Shown: positions 9,074 to 18,222 of the stretch, one piece after another | How positions within the stretch are numbered: the first letter of the stretch is position 1 | How the letters are laid out: every line of letters starts with the position of its first letter | DNA from: Promethearchaeota archaeon | GTDB taxonomy: Archaea > Asgardarchaeota > Lokiarchaeia > Sigyniarchaeales > SOKP01 | Assembly (NCBI GenBank): GCA_018238625.1 | Contig: JABCSY010000001.1 | Span: 45,279-109,278 of the forward strand | Length of the DNA: 64,000 nucleotides | Reading direction: 5' to 3' | The notes under the pieces: generated by a model | Database searches by the model: none | What the model was told of the DNA's origin: nothing | Seen by the model: the letters and a program-made list of their open reading frames with translations, nothing else | Made by a program: the position numbers and the translations under genes

Positions 9074-11609
9074 TTTTAATCTCCTCCTTTAGTAAATTAT
9101 AGAATTTATTAGAGATTTCAGCAAATAGCTGTCCTTCTACTCCGTTTAAACTCATCACTATTATCCGTCTGCTTAACTTTGGTCCTAGAATCTTTTTTAA
9201 AAGCCCAACTCTTTTTTTTAATTTTTCAATCCCGTCAATATATCTACAAGAATCCTTTCTGCAACCGATAATCATAACTCCGTCAAACCCCATTTCAAGA
9301 GATTTAACAATGAATTCAGTATCAATACGGCCAGTACAAGGAACAGAGATTATAAAAACATTAGGTTGATATAACAATTTCTTTAATCCTGCATTGTCAG
9401 CGGCAGCGTAACCGCACGATTGGCAACAAAAAGCGATGATTTTTGGTTTTTTATTGAATTTTGAGAAAATTTCGATCGTTTTTAAAATCTTTTCTGATGT
9501 ATTTATATTCATTTCGATGGCATTAGTAGGACAAACACTAACACACATACCACAAGCTTTACATTTAAACTTATCAACAGTAATTTTTTCGGAGTTTATG
9601 CTTATTGCATTGTAAGGGCAAGAAATAACGCAGAGGTTACACAATCCACATTTGTCTTCATTAATCTCTATTCCAGTATATTCTGTTATTAAATAATCGT
9701 TTGAAAGAAGTGATATTACTTTTAACGCTATGTTATTGGTGGTTGCTATAGTCGAGTGATAATTTAATGGGCCAAATATTGTTCCAACACCATAAATACC
9801 AGAAGCTAAAGTTTCTTCACTCATAAAACCATAATCATTTAAAGTGAAGTCCATAATCTTTCTTAGAGATTTCAAATCCTTATTTGGAATTAATTTAAGG
9901 TTTAAAACAATCAAATCACTTTGAAACTCAATAGAATCCGCAATTACATAGTTAATATTCTCTTTTGTCTCAATTAATACTTTATTAGCGTAAAGAAATC
10001 TCGGATGAGTAGATTTTAGTATTATCTCGTCTTTTTCTTTTAGTTTACTTAAATCGTAAAAAACATTAACTTCACAATCAGGGCTCTTTACTTTAATAAC
10101 ATCTATATACTTTAGGGTTAAAATATCCGAATATTCACATAGATAGTTTGAAGATCCAACTTCTTGAATAATTGATATTGTTTTTACTGGTTTCCCATCA
10201 GATAATTTTACTATCTTTCCATCAGTTAGGCCATCTGAACATAAAATTCGTTCAAATTCTGCTGAAGTTATAATATTATTTTGTGGATTATAATTATATT
10301 CTTTTAAATTTGAAGAAAGATCTGAACCAATAGCTATAACTTTAGCGCCTACTTTAATTCTTAATTCCTTAGGCTTTTCTCTTAAATTAATTGCTTTATT
10401 TGCACAAGCACGTTCACATATTCCACATTCAAGGCAGCTTTTAATATCTTCATCGTCAATAACAGGAACATAAGGATAACAATATTGAAAAGGAAAGTGA
10501 ATTATTTTTCTATGCGTTAAACCAAATTCATATAGATTAACTTTCTCTCGAGCACACACATCCACACATTGCTTACAACCTGTACATTTTGTCTCATCAA
10601 CATAGCGAGGATTTTTAATTAAACTTATAGTAAAATTGCCAACTTCTCCCGATACGCTAATTATTTCCGTATTTGTCAAGATCTCAATATTATTTTCTTT
10701 CACAATTTCCCCAATTAATTCGGAGATTAAACAAGTAGAGCAATCTCCCATATTTGAAATCTTTTGCCATCTTGCTACTTTTCCTCCTAATGTAGGAGAC
10801 TTTTCAATTAGGTAACACTTAATACCTGCCCTTGATAAGTTTAACGCTATATTCATACCAGCAATCCCTCCTCCCAGAATTGCGCAACTTTTTTCAACTT
10901 CAACTCTTTTTATCTTAATTGGTTTTTGAAGACTTACTCGATTAACTGAGGCTTCAATAAGTAATTGCGCTTTTTTCAAAGTTAAAAGGCTATCAATGTG
11001 CTTTTTACTTGAATAATGTACCCAACAACATTGTTCTCTTATATTTGCAATCTCAATATTAGCATTATCAATTATATTATGAAAAAGACGTTCAAATACA
11101 TGTTGATGTGTTTTAGGAGAACAGGCAGCGATAACAATTTTATTTACGAAGTTATCAGTAATCCAATTATTAATTTTATCTTGGTTTTTTTCTTGACATA
11201 AATTATCAAGAATTTTAACTGAGACTACATTATTTATTTTACTTGCATAGTTTTCTAAGGAATTAATGTTAAGGACATTTGAAACTTCTGTATTACAATT
11301 ACAGATGATAACACCTATTCTGTTTATTTCGCTTCCTTTTGATTTTAAATAGTCTATTTCCTCTCCAGATAAAATTCTTTTATTTAATCCTAATATCCTT
11401 AAAACTCTTTTACCGTCATCTGTTAAATAATATGATTTTTTGTCTTTACTTACTAAATTATTAAGCTTTTTCAAATGAAAATTTAATTGCCCTGTTTGTT
11501 CTATACCTAACTTCATCATTAATTCAGTATATGGAATAAAACCTTCTTCTTCGAGAATGTATAAGAGTTTTCTTCTGATTGGATGAGCTAAAATTGAATA
11601 AATATCCAT
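9063..11609 (-). CDS. Fusion of winged-HTH (ArsR-like), HdrA-like FAD/Fe-S protein and MvhD-like 2Fe-2S domain
   Basis: aa1-80 LAHPIRRKLL...LNFHLKKL...YYLTDDG. HdrA motifs CNC, AACSP, NIREQCCWVH, GGGIAG and ferredoxin CxxCxxCxxxC pairs. MvhD motifs FCCQSCGYAAAD, PCTGRID, GC...CRY..G. Confidence 0.92.
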   Translation of the reverse strand: MDIYSILAHPIRRKLLYILEEEGFIPYTELMMKLGIEQTGQLNFHLKKLNNLVSKDKKSYYLTDDGKRVLRILGLNKRILSGEEIDYLKSKGSEINRIGVIICNCNTEVSNVLNINSLENYASKINNVVSVKILDNLCQEKNQDKINNWITDNFVNKIVIAACSPKTHQHVFERLFHNIIDNANIEIANIREQCCWVHYSSKKHIDSLLTLKKAQLLIEASVNRVSLQKPIKIKRVEVEKSCAILGGGIAGMNIALNLSRAGIKCYLIEKSPTLGGKVARWQKISNMGDCSTCLISELIGEIVKENNIEILTNTEIISVSGEVGNFTISLIKNPRYVDETKCTGCKQCVDVCAREKVNLYEFGLTHRKIIHFPFQYCYPYVPVIDDEDIKSCLECGICERACANKAINLREKPKELRIKVGAKVIAIGSDLSSNLKEYNYNPQNNIITSAEFERILCSDGLTDGKIVKLSDGKPVKTISIIQEVGSSNYLCEYSDILTLKYIDVIKVKSPDCEVNVFYDLSKLKEKDEIILKSTHPRFLYANKVLIETKENINYVIADSIEFQSDLIVLNLKLIPNKDLKSLRKIMDFTLNDYGFMSEETLASGIYGVGTIFGPLNYHSTIATTNNIALKVISLLSNDYLITEYTGIEINEDKCGLCNLCVISCPYNAISINSEKITVDKFKCKACGMCVSVCPTNAIEMNINTSEKILKTIEIFSKFNKKPKIIAFCCQSCGYAAADNAGLKKLLYQPNVFIISVPCTGRIDTEFIVKSLEMGFDGVMIIGCRKDSCRYIDGIEKLKKRVGLLKKILGPKLSRRIIVMSLNGVEGQLFAEISNKFYNLLKEEIKSEA

Positions 11610-11665
11610 TTCTGAGCTTTCCTATTGATTTTTTATTTTAAATTTATTTTGTTAAAAAAAAAAAT

Positions 11666-11706
11666 TTGACAAATTATTTTTTCTTCATGACAATATATGT
11701 TGTAAA
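11666..11706. promoter_or_regulatory. Putative operator sites upstream of the HTH-HdrA-MvhD gene
   Basis: Half-site TTGACAA at 11666 and ATGACAA-TATATG-TTGTAAA at 11687-11706 match the TTGAYAA-N6-TTRTCAA consensus. Confidence 0.55.
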
Positions 11707-11805
11707 AATATATAAATGTGTTAGAAAATGATCATATGATCCGCGAATTTCATTAATAAAAATGACGATTTTCGATTAACTAAAAAATTTGTTTAGAAAA
11801 TAATT

Positions 11806-11849
11806 TTGATAATATTTCTTATCAATATGTTAAAAAATTTTCTTGTCAA
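11806..11849. promoter_or_regulatory. Putative operator: palindrome plus a second half-site 24 bp downstream
   Basis: TTGATAA-TATTTC-TTATCAA at 11806-11825 (perfect arms); TTGTCAA at 11843-11849. Confidence 0.65.
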
Positions 11850-11919
11850 ATTCTTTTTATTTTAGGCTTATGACAATTTAATTAGGTAAGTATTTTTTTA
11901 AAAAGTTGAAATAAAAGAG

Positions 11920-12549
11920 GTGTATTATTATATGGAAGTATTGGAATTGAAACCAGTAAAAAATAAAAAAATAATAGTGTATATGTCCTCAAAAGAAAAT
12001 GGTAGGTATTTTCAAAATCAAGATACATCAAGATTAACTGATTTTCTCAAAAAGAAAGATGTTAACTTTGTAACCGTAGATTTTCAAGTAGATATGAAAG
12101 TGTTTAAGAAAACACCTTTTGCACAAACATTAGATAAACTTGGAATACCATATATTCAAGTAGATATTCCAGATTATGCAATGGGATATCTTTACGAAGA
12201 AATTGTCGAAAAACAAGAACTTCAAAATGAATTATTTGAAGAATACGACAATATGAGCGATAAAGAATCTTTCAAAGGGCAAAGTCTAAAAAATTGGATT
12301 GACATGCTAAGCGAAGAAATTCAAGAAAGAGAGATTTTTTTAAGCTTGAAACTAAGACCACAGTGGATCGTAAAAAAAATGCTAGATTTTGCAAATCGTT
12401 TTGAAAATGAAGTGGTTTCTTTTGTACATTTTGTTCAAGAGGATATTTGCGAGGATATTTGCCCTCAAGTCGTTGCAAATTTAAGAGATTTGGGAGTAAA
12501 AGTAATTTCCTATACTAAAAAACACACAATTCAAAATATTATATTTTAA
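11920..12549 (+). CDS. Unknown protein, paralog of 12573 and 16853 (likely true start ATG 11932); possibly a degenerate TraB/Tiki-like fold
   Basis: GAGGTG SD before ATG 11932. N-terminal EVLELKP and the central helical hairpin are shared with the neighbouring paralogs. Confidence 0.8.
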   Translation: MYYYMEVLELKPVKNKKIIVYMSSKENGRYFQNQDTSRLTDFLKKKDVNFVTVDFQVDMKVFKKTPFAQTLDKLGIPYIQVDIPDYAMGYLYEEIVEKQELQNELFEEYDNMSDKESFKGQSLKNWIDMLSEEIQEREIFLSLKLRPQWIVKKMLDFANRFENEVVSFVHFVQEDICEDICPQVVANLRDLGVKVISYTKKHTIQNIIF

Positions 12550-12572
12550 TTAAAAAAAAGGAGTTAAAAAAA

Positions 12573-13304
12573 ATGCCAGAAGTATTAGAATTAAAGCCAT
12601 TAAAAGATAAGCATTTAAAGCTTATCATGGTAGAAAGTGAGTTTCCAATAGATTGGTGGTTCGAAGTTCCTAAAGAAAAAAAGGAAGATTTGCTATGGTC
12701 TTTACATCTTATTAGCAAAGAATATCTTCAGCTCATCGATGGTTTAATAGACAAATATTCACCTGATTTTGCTTTAGAAGAAAAACCTAATTTTTGGGAT
12801 GACCCGTTAAACCCTAACGATCCTCTAAAAACATTACTCAAAAAGAAAGGAATTCGATTTAAACATGCTGATATCTCTGAAAATGCGGAATTTTATCTTT
12901 CTGCTGCTTTGGATGAACACAGAAGTATGCTACAAACACTTGAAAAACGAATCAAAGAGATAATTACAGAAAATGGTGGTGTTCCTTCCGAAGATGAACT
13001 TTTCCAACAATTAGTTTTATGGAAGGACTATCTCAAAAATGATTATGACTCACAAGAAGATGAAATACGATATAAAGTTAGAGAAGCTTGGATGATGATG
13101 AATACTCTAAACCTTGCAAAGGAGATTAAAGGGAAAAAATTAAAGGGGTTATTTATTTGCGATTTAAGGCACTTTGAAGGCTTAGATAAGTTAGCAAACG
13201 ATTTAGGCATCGATACAGAGCAGATTAAAATTAAAAGAACTATTAAAACCGCAGAAATCGAAAAAGAGTATGAAGAAGAGGTAGAAGTTGAAATATCTAA
13301 ATAA
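12573..13304 (+). CDS. Unknown protein with TraB/GumN/Tiki-superfamily-like motifs
   Basis: SPDFALEE, REAWM and LFICDLRH resemble the PD.v..E, R..xM and vG..H motifs; AGGAG SD. The fold call is tentative. Confidence 0.6.
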   Translation: MPEVLELKPLKDKHLKLIMVESEFPIDWWFEVPKEKKEDLLWSLHLISKEYLQLIDGLIDKYSPDFALEEKPNFWDDPLNPNDPLKTLLKKKGIRFKHADISENAEFYLSAALDEHRSMLQTLEKRIKEIITENGGVPSEDELFQQLVLWKDYLKNDYDSQEDEIRYKVREAWMMMNTLNLAKEIKGKKLKGLFICDLRHFEGLDKLANDLGIDTEQIKIKRTIKTAEIEKEYEEEVEVEISK

Positions 13305-13358
13305 TTTTTTTTTTAGTTATAATTTCTATGAATTTTATAGTTTAAATAACGATGTGAG

Positions 13359-14372
13359 ATGAGAAAAATTACTCAAAATGATGAAATTGGAAATAAAATT
13401 GAAAGTATTCTCGGTAAAAAATCAATAATAGAATTGACGCCAATTAAAATAAAGAAAAAGGATAGTTCAGATAAGATTTGCTATTTTTTTGACACGGATG
13501 ATAACGCTTCTCCGTTTGACATAAACATGGCTTACGACGCTGGTTTTGATATCGTTGTGCCAATAAGTAAAATGACGGCGGATCAAGTTCCTAAACTTGT
13601 CCAGGATGCTATATTTTCACGTAAACCTAAAGCACGGACAACATTTTTTATTGGGGGATCTAATGTAAAGGAGGGGGAAAAAATCGCTAGGAAAGTCATT
13701 GAATCCTTAGTACCTCCATTTGAATGTCCCGTAATAATAGATCCAAGGGGTTCTCATACTACTGCTTCTGCTGTTGTAGCTAAGACTTTATACGACGCTA
13801 AAAATATCCATAAAATTAGTGATTTAAAAGGAGAAAAAGTCGTAATCTATGGGGCAGGCCCAGTTGCCAGAATTGCTGCTATATTAGCAGCAAAAGAAGG
13901 GTTGAATGTATTTTTAGTTGAAACTTGGGATAAATCGAACGAAGAATTTATAAAAAATCTTGCTAAAGAAGTAACCGAAGAAGCTGGCGAGGGTGCAACC
14001 GAGATTAAAGGGGTGTTTGCGCCTGAAAAAGAACAAAGATATGATGTTGCTAAAGATGCGCTTATTATCTGGTCTTTAGCTGCTGCTGGTGTTGAAATTT
14101 TATCAAGCAATCTAATGGAAAGATTAGAAGGTAAGAAAATTGTAGTAGATATCAATTTAGTTCCCCCTTATGGAATTGAAGGAATAAGACCAAAACACGA
14201 TAATAAAGAAATATATTCAGGAATTTTTGGAATCGGAGCATTAGCATTAGGTCGATTAAAAGCAAATTCGGAGGGAGAAATATTGAAAGAAGCAACAAAA
14301 ACTAAAGGTACAAAGGTATTTGATTATAGCTATGCGTTCGAAGTTGCTAAAAAATTGTTATCTAAGATTTAA
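13359..14372 (+). CDS. NAD(P)-dependent methylene-H4MPT (H4F) dehydrogenase, MtdA/MtdB family
   Basis: SPFDINMAYDAG, VQDAIFSR, FIGG, DPRGSHTTASAVVA, GAGPV, DINLVPPYGIEG, GIGALALG.LK. Confidence 0.9.
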   Translation: MRKITQNDEIGNKIESILGKKSIIELTPIKIKKKDSSDKICYFFDTDDNASPFDINMAYDAGFDIVVPISKMTADQVPKLVQDAIFSRKPKARTTFFIGGSNVKEGEKIARKVIESLVPPFECPVIIDPRGSHTTASAVVAKTLYDAKNIHKISDLKGEKVVIYGAGPVARIAAILAAKEGLNVFLVETWDKSNEEFIKNLAKEVTEEAGEGATEIKGVFAPEKEQRYDVAKDALIIWSLAAAGVEILSSNLMERLEGKKIVVDINLVPPYGIEGIRPKHDNKEIYSGIFGIGALALGRLKANSEGEILKEATKTKGTKVFDYSYAFEVAKKLLSKI

Positions 14373-14434
14373 ATTCTTAAATTTTTATTTTTTTTTTTTA
14401 TTGATTTATTAAATAGTTTTTAAAGGGGAATAAA

Positions 14435-16708
14435 ATGGTTGAGAATATTGATGGGATTGTAAGTAAAGTAAGGATAAAAGACGCATTCAAAGAAGACGCA
14501 GGGAGAGGTATTGTAAGAGTAGACCCAGAAATAGTTTCAAATTTAAAACTTAAGGTAGGTGATGTAATTAAAATCATCCATCCTGTAGTAAATAAAAAAA
14601 CTGTTGCTTCTTTGTCAACAGGAAAAAATGAAGATAAAGGAAAAAAGATTATTCGTATGGATCCCTCCCTAAGACGAAATTTAGGAGCCTCAATTGATGA
14701 CCTTGTTGAAATAAAAAAAATCAGTGTAGATATTGCCAATACAATAACCTTTGCTGGGTTAGATAATTCATTAATCCCACGAGATCCTCAAGCTTTAGCT
14801 AGAAAACTAGAAAATAGGGCAATTACAAAAGGAGATAGCTTAAGTTTCTACGCTATGGCTCGCAGAATTGACCTTGTAATCGTTGATTACACTCCTAATT
14901 CTGAAGCGGTTAAAATTCAACTTGATACAAAAATATTATTTAGTGAAAAATCAACTCAAGAAATTAGCGAAATAAAAAAAAAAGAAATAACATATGAAGG
15001 AATTAGTGATTTAGAACAGAGATTACAAGAGATTCAGGGAAAAATAACATACGAAGATATAGGTGGTTTAGAGGATTCGATTCAAAAGATTAGAGAAATG
15101 ATTGAACTACCAATTAGACATCCTGAACTTTTTGAAAGAATTGGAATTGACCCTCCAAAAGGAGTTCTGCTCCATGGGGCTCCAGGTACAGGTAAAACAT
15201 TACTAGCAAAAGCAGTAGCTTATGAGACTGATGCCTATTTTATAAATATTAGTGGCCCTGAAATAATGAGTAAATTTTTTGGTCAAAGTGAAGAAAATCT
15301 TCGAAATAGATTTGAAGAAGCAAAAAATAACGCCCCCTCTATTATTTTTCTCGATGAATTAGATTCAATTGCTCATAAAAGGGATGAAAATAAAGGTCAA
15401 GTAGAATCAAGAGTTGTGGCTCAACTTTTATCTCTTATGGATGGTTTAGAAGGGAGAGGTGAAGTCATAGTCATTGGTGCAACGAATAAAATAAATAATA
15501 TTGATATAGCACTAAGAAGACCAGGTCGTTTTGACAGAGAAATTGAAATTAAAGTACCTGATACTAAAGGCCGCTATGAAGTTTTATTGATCCATACTCG
15601 AGGAATGCCTTTAAATGAGGAAATTGATCTAAATCTTATTGCTGAAAAAACACATGGTTTTGTCGGTGCAGATATAAAATCTTTATGCAAAGAGGCAGCT
15701 ATGCTTGCGATTAGGGAGATACTACCTAATATTGACTTAGATAAACCTATACCGGAAGAAATTTTAAACAAATTAATAATCAAAATGACACATTTTATTA
15801 CAGCATTAAATAGTATTGAGCCATCTGCATTAAGAGAAGTGTTCGTTACACAGCCAACTGAGACTTGGGAGGATATTGGCGGATTAGAAGATGCAAAGCA
15901 GCAATTAAGAGAAATAGTTGAATGGCCATTTAAGTACTCGGGGTTCTATAAACATATGAAATCAAGACCCCCTAATGGAATTTTAATATTTGGTCTTCCT
16001 GGGACCGGTAAGACATTAATGGCTAAAGCGCTTGCCCATGAAACCGAAGTAAATTTTATTTCAGTAAAGGGTCCTGAATTTTTATCAAAATGGGTTGGTG
16101 AAAGTGCTAAAGCTGTAAGAGAAGTATTTCGAAAAGCAAGAACGGCTGCTCCTTGTATTATATTTTTTGACGAAATTGATGCTATCGCAGCAAGAAGGTC
16201 AACATCCTCAAGTTCAAGGGTTATTGAACAAGTTGTAGCGCAATTTTTAACAGAAATGGATGGTTTAGAAGAATTAAAAGATGTTATATTAATAGCGGCT
16301 ACAAATAGACCCGATATTCTCGATCCTGCCATTCTGCGTTCAGGAAGATTCGGAAGGCATATAGAAGTTCCATTACCAAATAAAATATCTCGAATTAAGA
16401 TATTTAAAATACACCTCGCTAATCGTCCAATAGATAATAATATTGATATTGAAAAACTGGCAGAAAGGTTAGAAGGAAATACAGGAGCGGATATAAAAGC
16501 AATCTGCGAAGAAGCTACACTTTTAGCCATTCGCAGAAGTGTCATTAACAATAATATAGATACACAAAATCCTGATTCATATAAAAAGGTTAAAATTTCT
16601 CAAGCTGATTTTGAAAAAGCAATAGAAAAAGTACAATTAGGCGCTAATAAAGCTAAAAGGGCTTATAAAGAAACTATTAAAGAAACTGTCGAAGATATTT
16701 ACAGATAA
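14435..16708 (+). CDS. cdc48: Cdc48/VAT/p97-family AAA+ ATPase
   Basis: N domain [10 protein letters not shown]; two AAA modules ([14 protein letters not shown] and [14 protein letters not shown]); C-terminal HbYX (IYR). Confidence 0.95.
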   Translation: MVENIDGIVSKVRIKDAFKEDAGRGIVRVDPEIVSNLKLKVGDVIKIIHPVVNKKTVASLSTGKNEDKGKKIIRMDPSLRRNLGASIDDLVEIKKISVDIANTITFAGLDNSLIPRDPQALARKLENRAITKGDSLSFYAMARRIDLVIVDYTPNSEAVKIQLDTKILFSEKSTQEISEIKKKEITYEGISDLEQRLQEIQGKITYEDIGGLEDSIQKIREMIELPIRHPELFERIGIDPPKGVLLHGAPGTGKTLLAKAVAYETDAYFINISGPEIMSKFFGQSEENLRNRFEEAKNNAPSIIFLDELDSIAHKRDENKGQVESRVVAQLLSLMDGLEGRGEVIVIGATNKINNIDIALRRPGRFDREIEIKVPDTKGRYEVLLIHTRGMPLNEEIDLNLIAEKTHGFVGADIKSLCKEAAMLAIREILPNIDLDKPIPEEILNKLIIKMTHFITALNSIEPSALREVFVTQPTETWEDIGGLEDAKQQLREIVEWPFKYSGFYKHMKSRPPNGILIFGLPGTGKTLMAKALAHETEVNFISVKGPEFLSKWVGESAKAVREVFRKARTAAPCIIFFDEIDAIAARRSTSSSSRVIEQVVAQFLTEMDGLEELKDVILIAATNRPDILDPAILRSGRFGRHIEVPLPNKISRIKIFKIHLANRPIDNNIDIEKLAERLEGNTGADIKAICEEATLLAIRRSVINNNIDTQNPDSYKKVKISQADFEKAIEKVQLGANKAKRAYKETIKETVEDIYR
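14987..15100 (+). repeat. Diverged 57-bp (19-aa) tandem duplication in the Cdc48 N-D1 linker
   Basis: [19 protein letters not shown] followed by [19 protein letters not shown]; ATAACATATGAAG at 14987 versus ATAACATACGAAG at 15044. Confidence 0.85.
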
Positions 16709-16740
16709 AAAAAATTAATTAAACTTGTCAAGGATATTTT

Positions 16741-16784
16741 TTGAAAAATAAAATTATCAATTTATCAAAAATTTTTCTTATCAA
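16741..16784. promoter_or_regulatory. Second copy of the putative operator architecture
   Basis: TTGAAAA-ATAAAA-TTATCAA at 16741-16760 and TTATCAA at 16778-16784, with the same 24-bp spacing; another TTGTCAA at 16725. Confidence 0.65.
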
Positions 16785-16852
16785 ATTCTTTAAATTTGTC
16801 GCTTAAGAGTATTTAATTAGAATGTATAAAAAAATTAAATAAAAATTAAAAG

Positions 16853-17113
16853 GTGTATATAATGGTGATAAGTTTGGTTAATGAAGTAAATAGTTTTGAA
16901 GAAAAAATCGTTTTATCTTCTAAAAGTGAATTTATATCTGAATTTGCTCGAGGTTACTTTGAAGCGGAGATAATTGAAAAAGAAACACAATTAAATGAAT
17001 ATTTAAATGCGTATAATGCTATTCGTGAGAAAGACTCATTTAATAAACAATACATAGAAACTTTAATATATTTATTAAAATCTGAAATAAAGGGAATCCA
17101 AAAATTGTTTTGA
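16853..17113 (+). CDS. Small helical protein, stand-alone paralog of the central hairpin of 11920 (likely start ATG 16862)
   Basis: ISEFARGYFEAEIIEK...KDSF aligns without gaps to IPDYAMGYLYEEIVEK...KESF; AGGTG SD. Confidence 0.85.
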   Translation: MYIMVISLVNEVNSFEEKIVLSSKSEFISEFARGYFEAEIIEKETQLNEYLNAYNAIREKDSFNKQYIETLIYLLKSEIKGIQKLF

Positions 17114-17134
17114 AAGGATTCCCTTAATTTTTTT
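17090..17134 (+). terminator. Hairpin plus T-tract spanning the stop codon of 16853
   Basis: AAGGGAATCC (17090-17099) pairs with GGATTCCCTT (17116-17125), followed by a T run; lies between convergent genes. Confidence 0.5.
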
Positions 17135-17209
17135 AGTATTATTGTTTATTCTAAGAAATTAAATTAAAAAAATAAGAATTTTTAAAAAAATATATTTTAA
17201 TAGTAATAA

Positions 17210-18058
17210 TTAAGCTTCTTTTTCGTGCAGCTTTCTCTTGGTTAAAAGATGTTGCTTAGAATGATGAGGTGTTCTCAATACTGTATCGTTAGATTTTTCT
17301 ATTTCTCTGGCTTGTGTGCATAATTCAGCAGCTGTTTTCATCATTTCGTGAGATGCAGCTAATAAAGGCATATATTCGGCTCTATCTTTTAAAACAAAGC
17401 ACGCTCTTCCCGTAATCTTAGAAACTGAAGCTGCTAATTCAAAAGCTGCAATAGCTTTAGCTTGGGCGTAAGGATTTGAAAAGCCTGCTGCCTCTGTAGC
17501 GTTAGTGGCTTTAATCTCGATTTGAGGTAAAGTAGGGGCCTTCCCTTCTAACATATCCATTATAACTTTATTTAATTCGTTAGTTATTATATTAAAAGCA
17601 CCAGTAATCGCAAGAACTTTTAATAGATCTGCATTGAAACAACTCATCTCGACAGTGTCTAGAAATGGACGCCTTGCTCCTATCATAGAGTCACAGCCTA
17701 CTATTATATATCCCATGTTTTTTTCTTTAAATTCTTCGATAGCCTTTTTTGCTGGAGCATCAGAGATTATAATCGTAGGAATATTTCCTGCTAATTCTCT
17801 TGCTGCTTTCGGTCCTTTTAACGCTGCATTTGGGCTGGACATTAAGATTAATTCCGGTTCAAATTCTAATAATTTTTTCATAGTTTCTACGCATTCCTCT
17901 GGAGGGTTCATCTTCGCTCCCGAGGTAACTTCTCGCACAACTATATTCTTAGATTCTGCCCTTTCATCCAGTAAAAAAGCAAGTAATAACGAAGAACCAA
18001 TTGTTCCATTCTTAAGTATCCCAATTTTTAAAACTTTTTCTTCACTCATTTTTGACAA
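17210..18058 (-). CDS. mtd: F420-dependent methylene-H4MPT dehydrogenase
   Basis: LLDERAE, SGAKM.P, SPNAAL.GP..ARE, DSMIGARR.FLD..EM..FNAD, AREIEKSND.V.RTPH. Confidence 0.95.
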   Translation of the reverse strand: MSKMSEEKVLKIGILKNGTIGSSLLLAFLLDERAESKNIVVREVTSGAKMNPPEECVETMKKLLEFEPELILMSSPNAALKGPKAARELAGNIPTIIISDAPAKKAIEEFKEKNMGYIIVGCDSMIGARRPFLDTVEMSCFNADLLKVLAITGAFNIITNELNKVIMDMLEGKAPTLPQIEIKATNATEAAGFSNPYAQAKAIAAFELAASVSKITGRACFVLKDRAEYMPLLAASHEMMKTAAELCTQAREIEKSNDTVLRTPHHSKQHLLTKRKLHEKEA

Positions 18059-18222
18059 CTTTAAACTTATTAAAAATCATAAAGATTCTATTATGAATTT
18101 CTTAAATTGATAATTAATTAAAATTTTTAGCTTTTTTTCTTAAAAATTTTATATATTATTGCGCTCTATTAAAATTTATAATATTAGGATTTAAATTACA
18201 TAATAGAAATGTTGATTAAAAA

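Noticed and set aside
7008-11609. Selenocysteine recoding in HdrA/MvhD/MvhA, known for Lokiarchaeota homologs
   Set aside because: The ORFs are uninterrupted and the relevant positions are Cys (DCSTC, CCQSC, DPCISC); there is no in-frame TGA.
11640-11900. Possible CRISPR-like or iteron repeats in this AT-rich intergenic region
   Set aside because: Only 7-bp half-sites with no regular repeat-spacer period; better explained as operators. No cas or cdc6 genes are in the window.
17090-17167. Hairpin over the TGA of 16853 as a readthrough or Sec signal
   Set aside because: The sequence after the TGA is short and low-complexity, and homology to 11920 ends at the stop; a terminator is the simpler reading.
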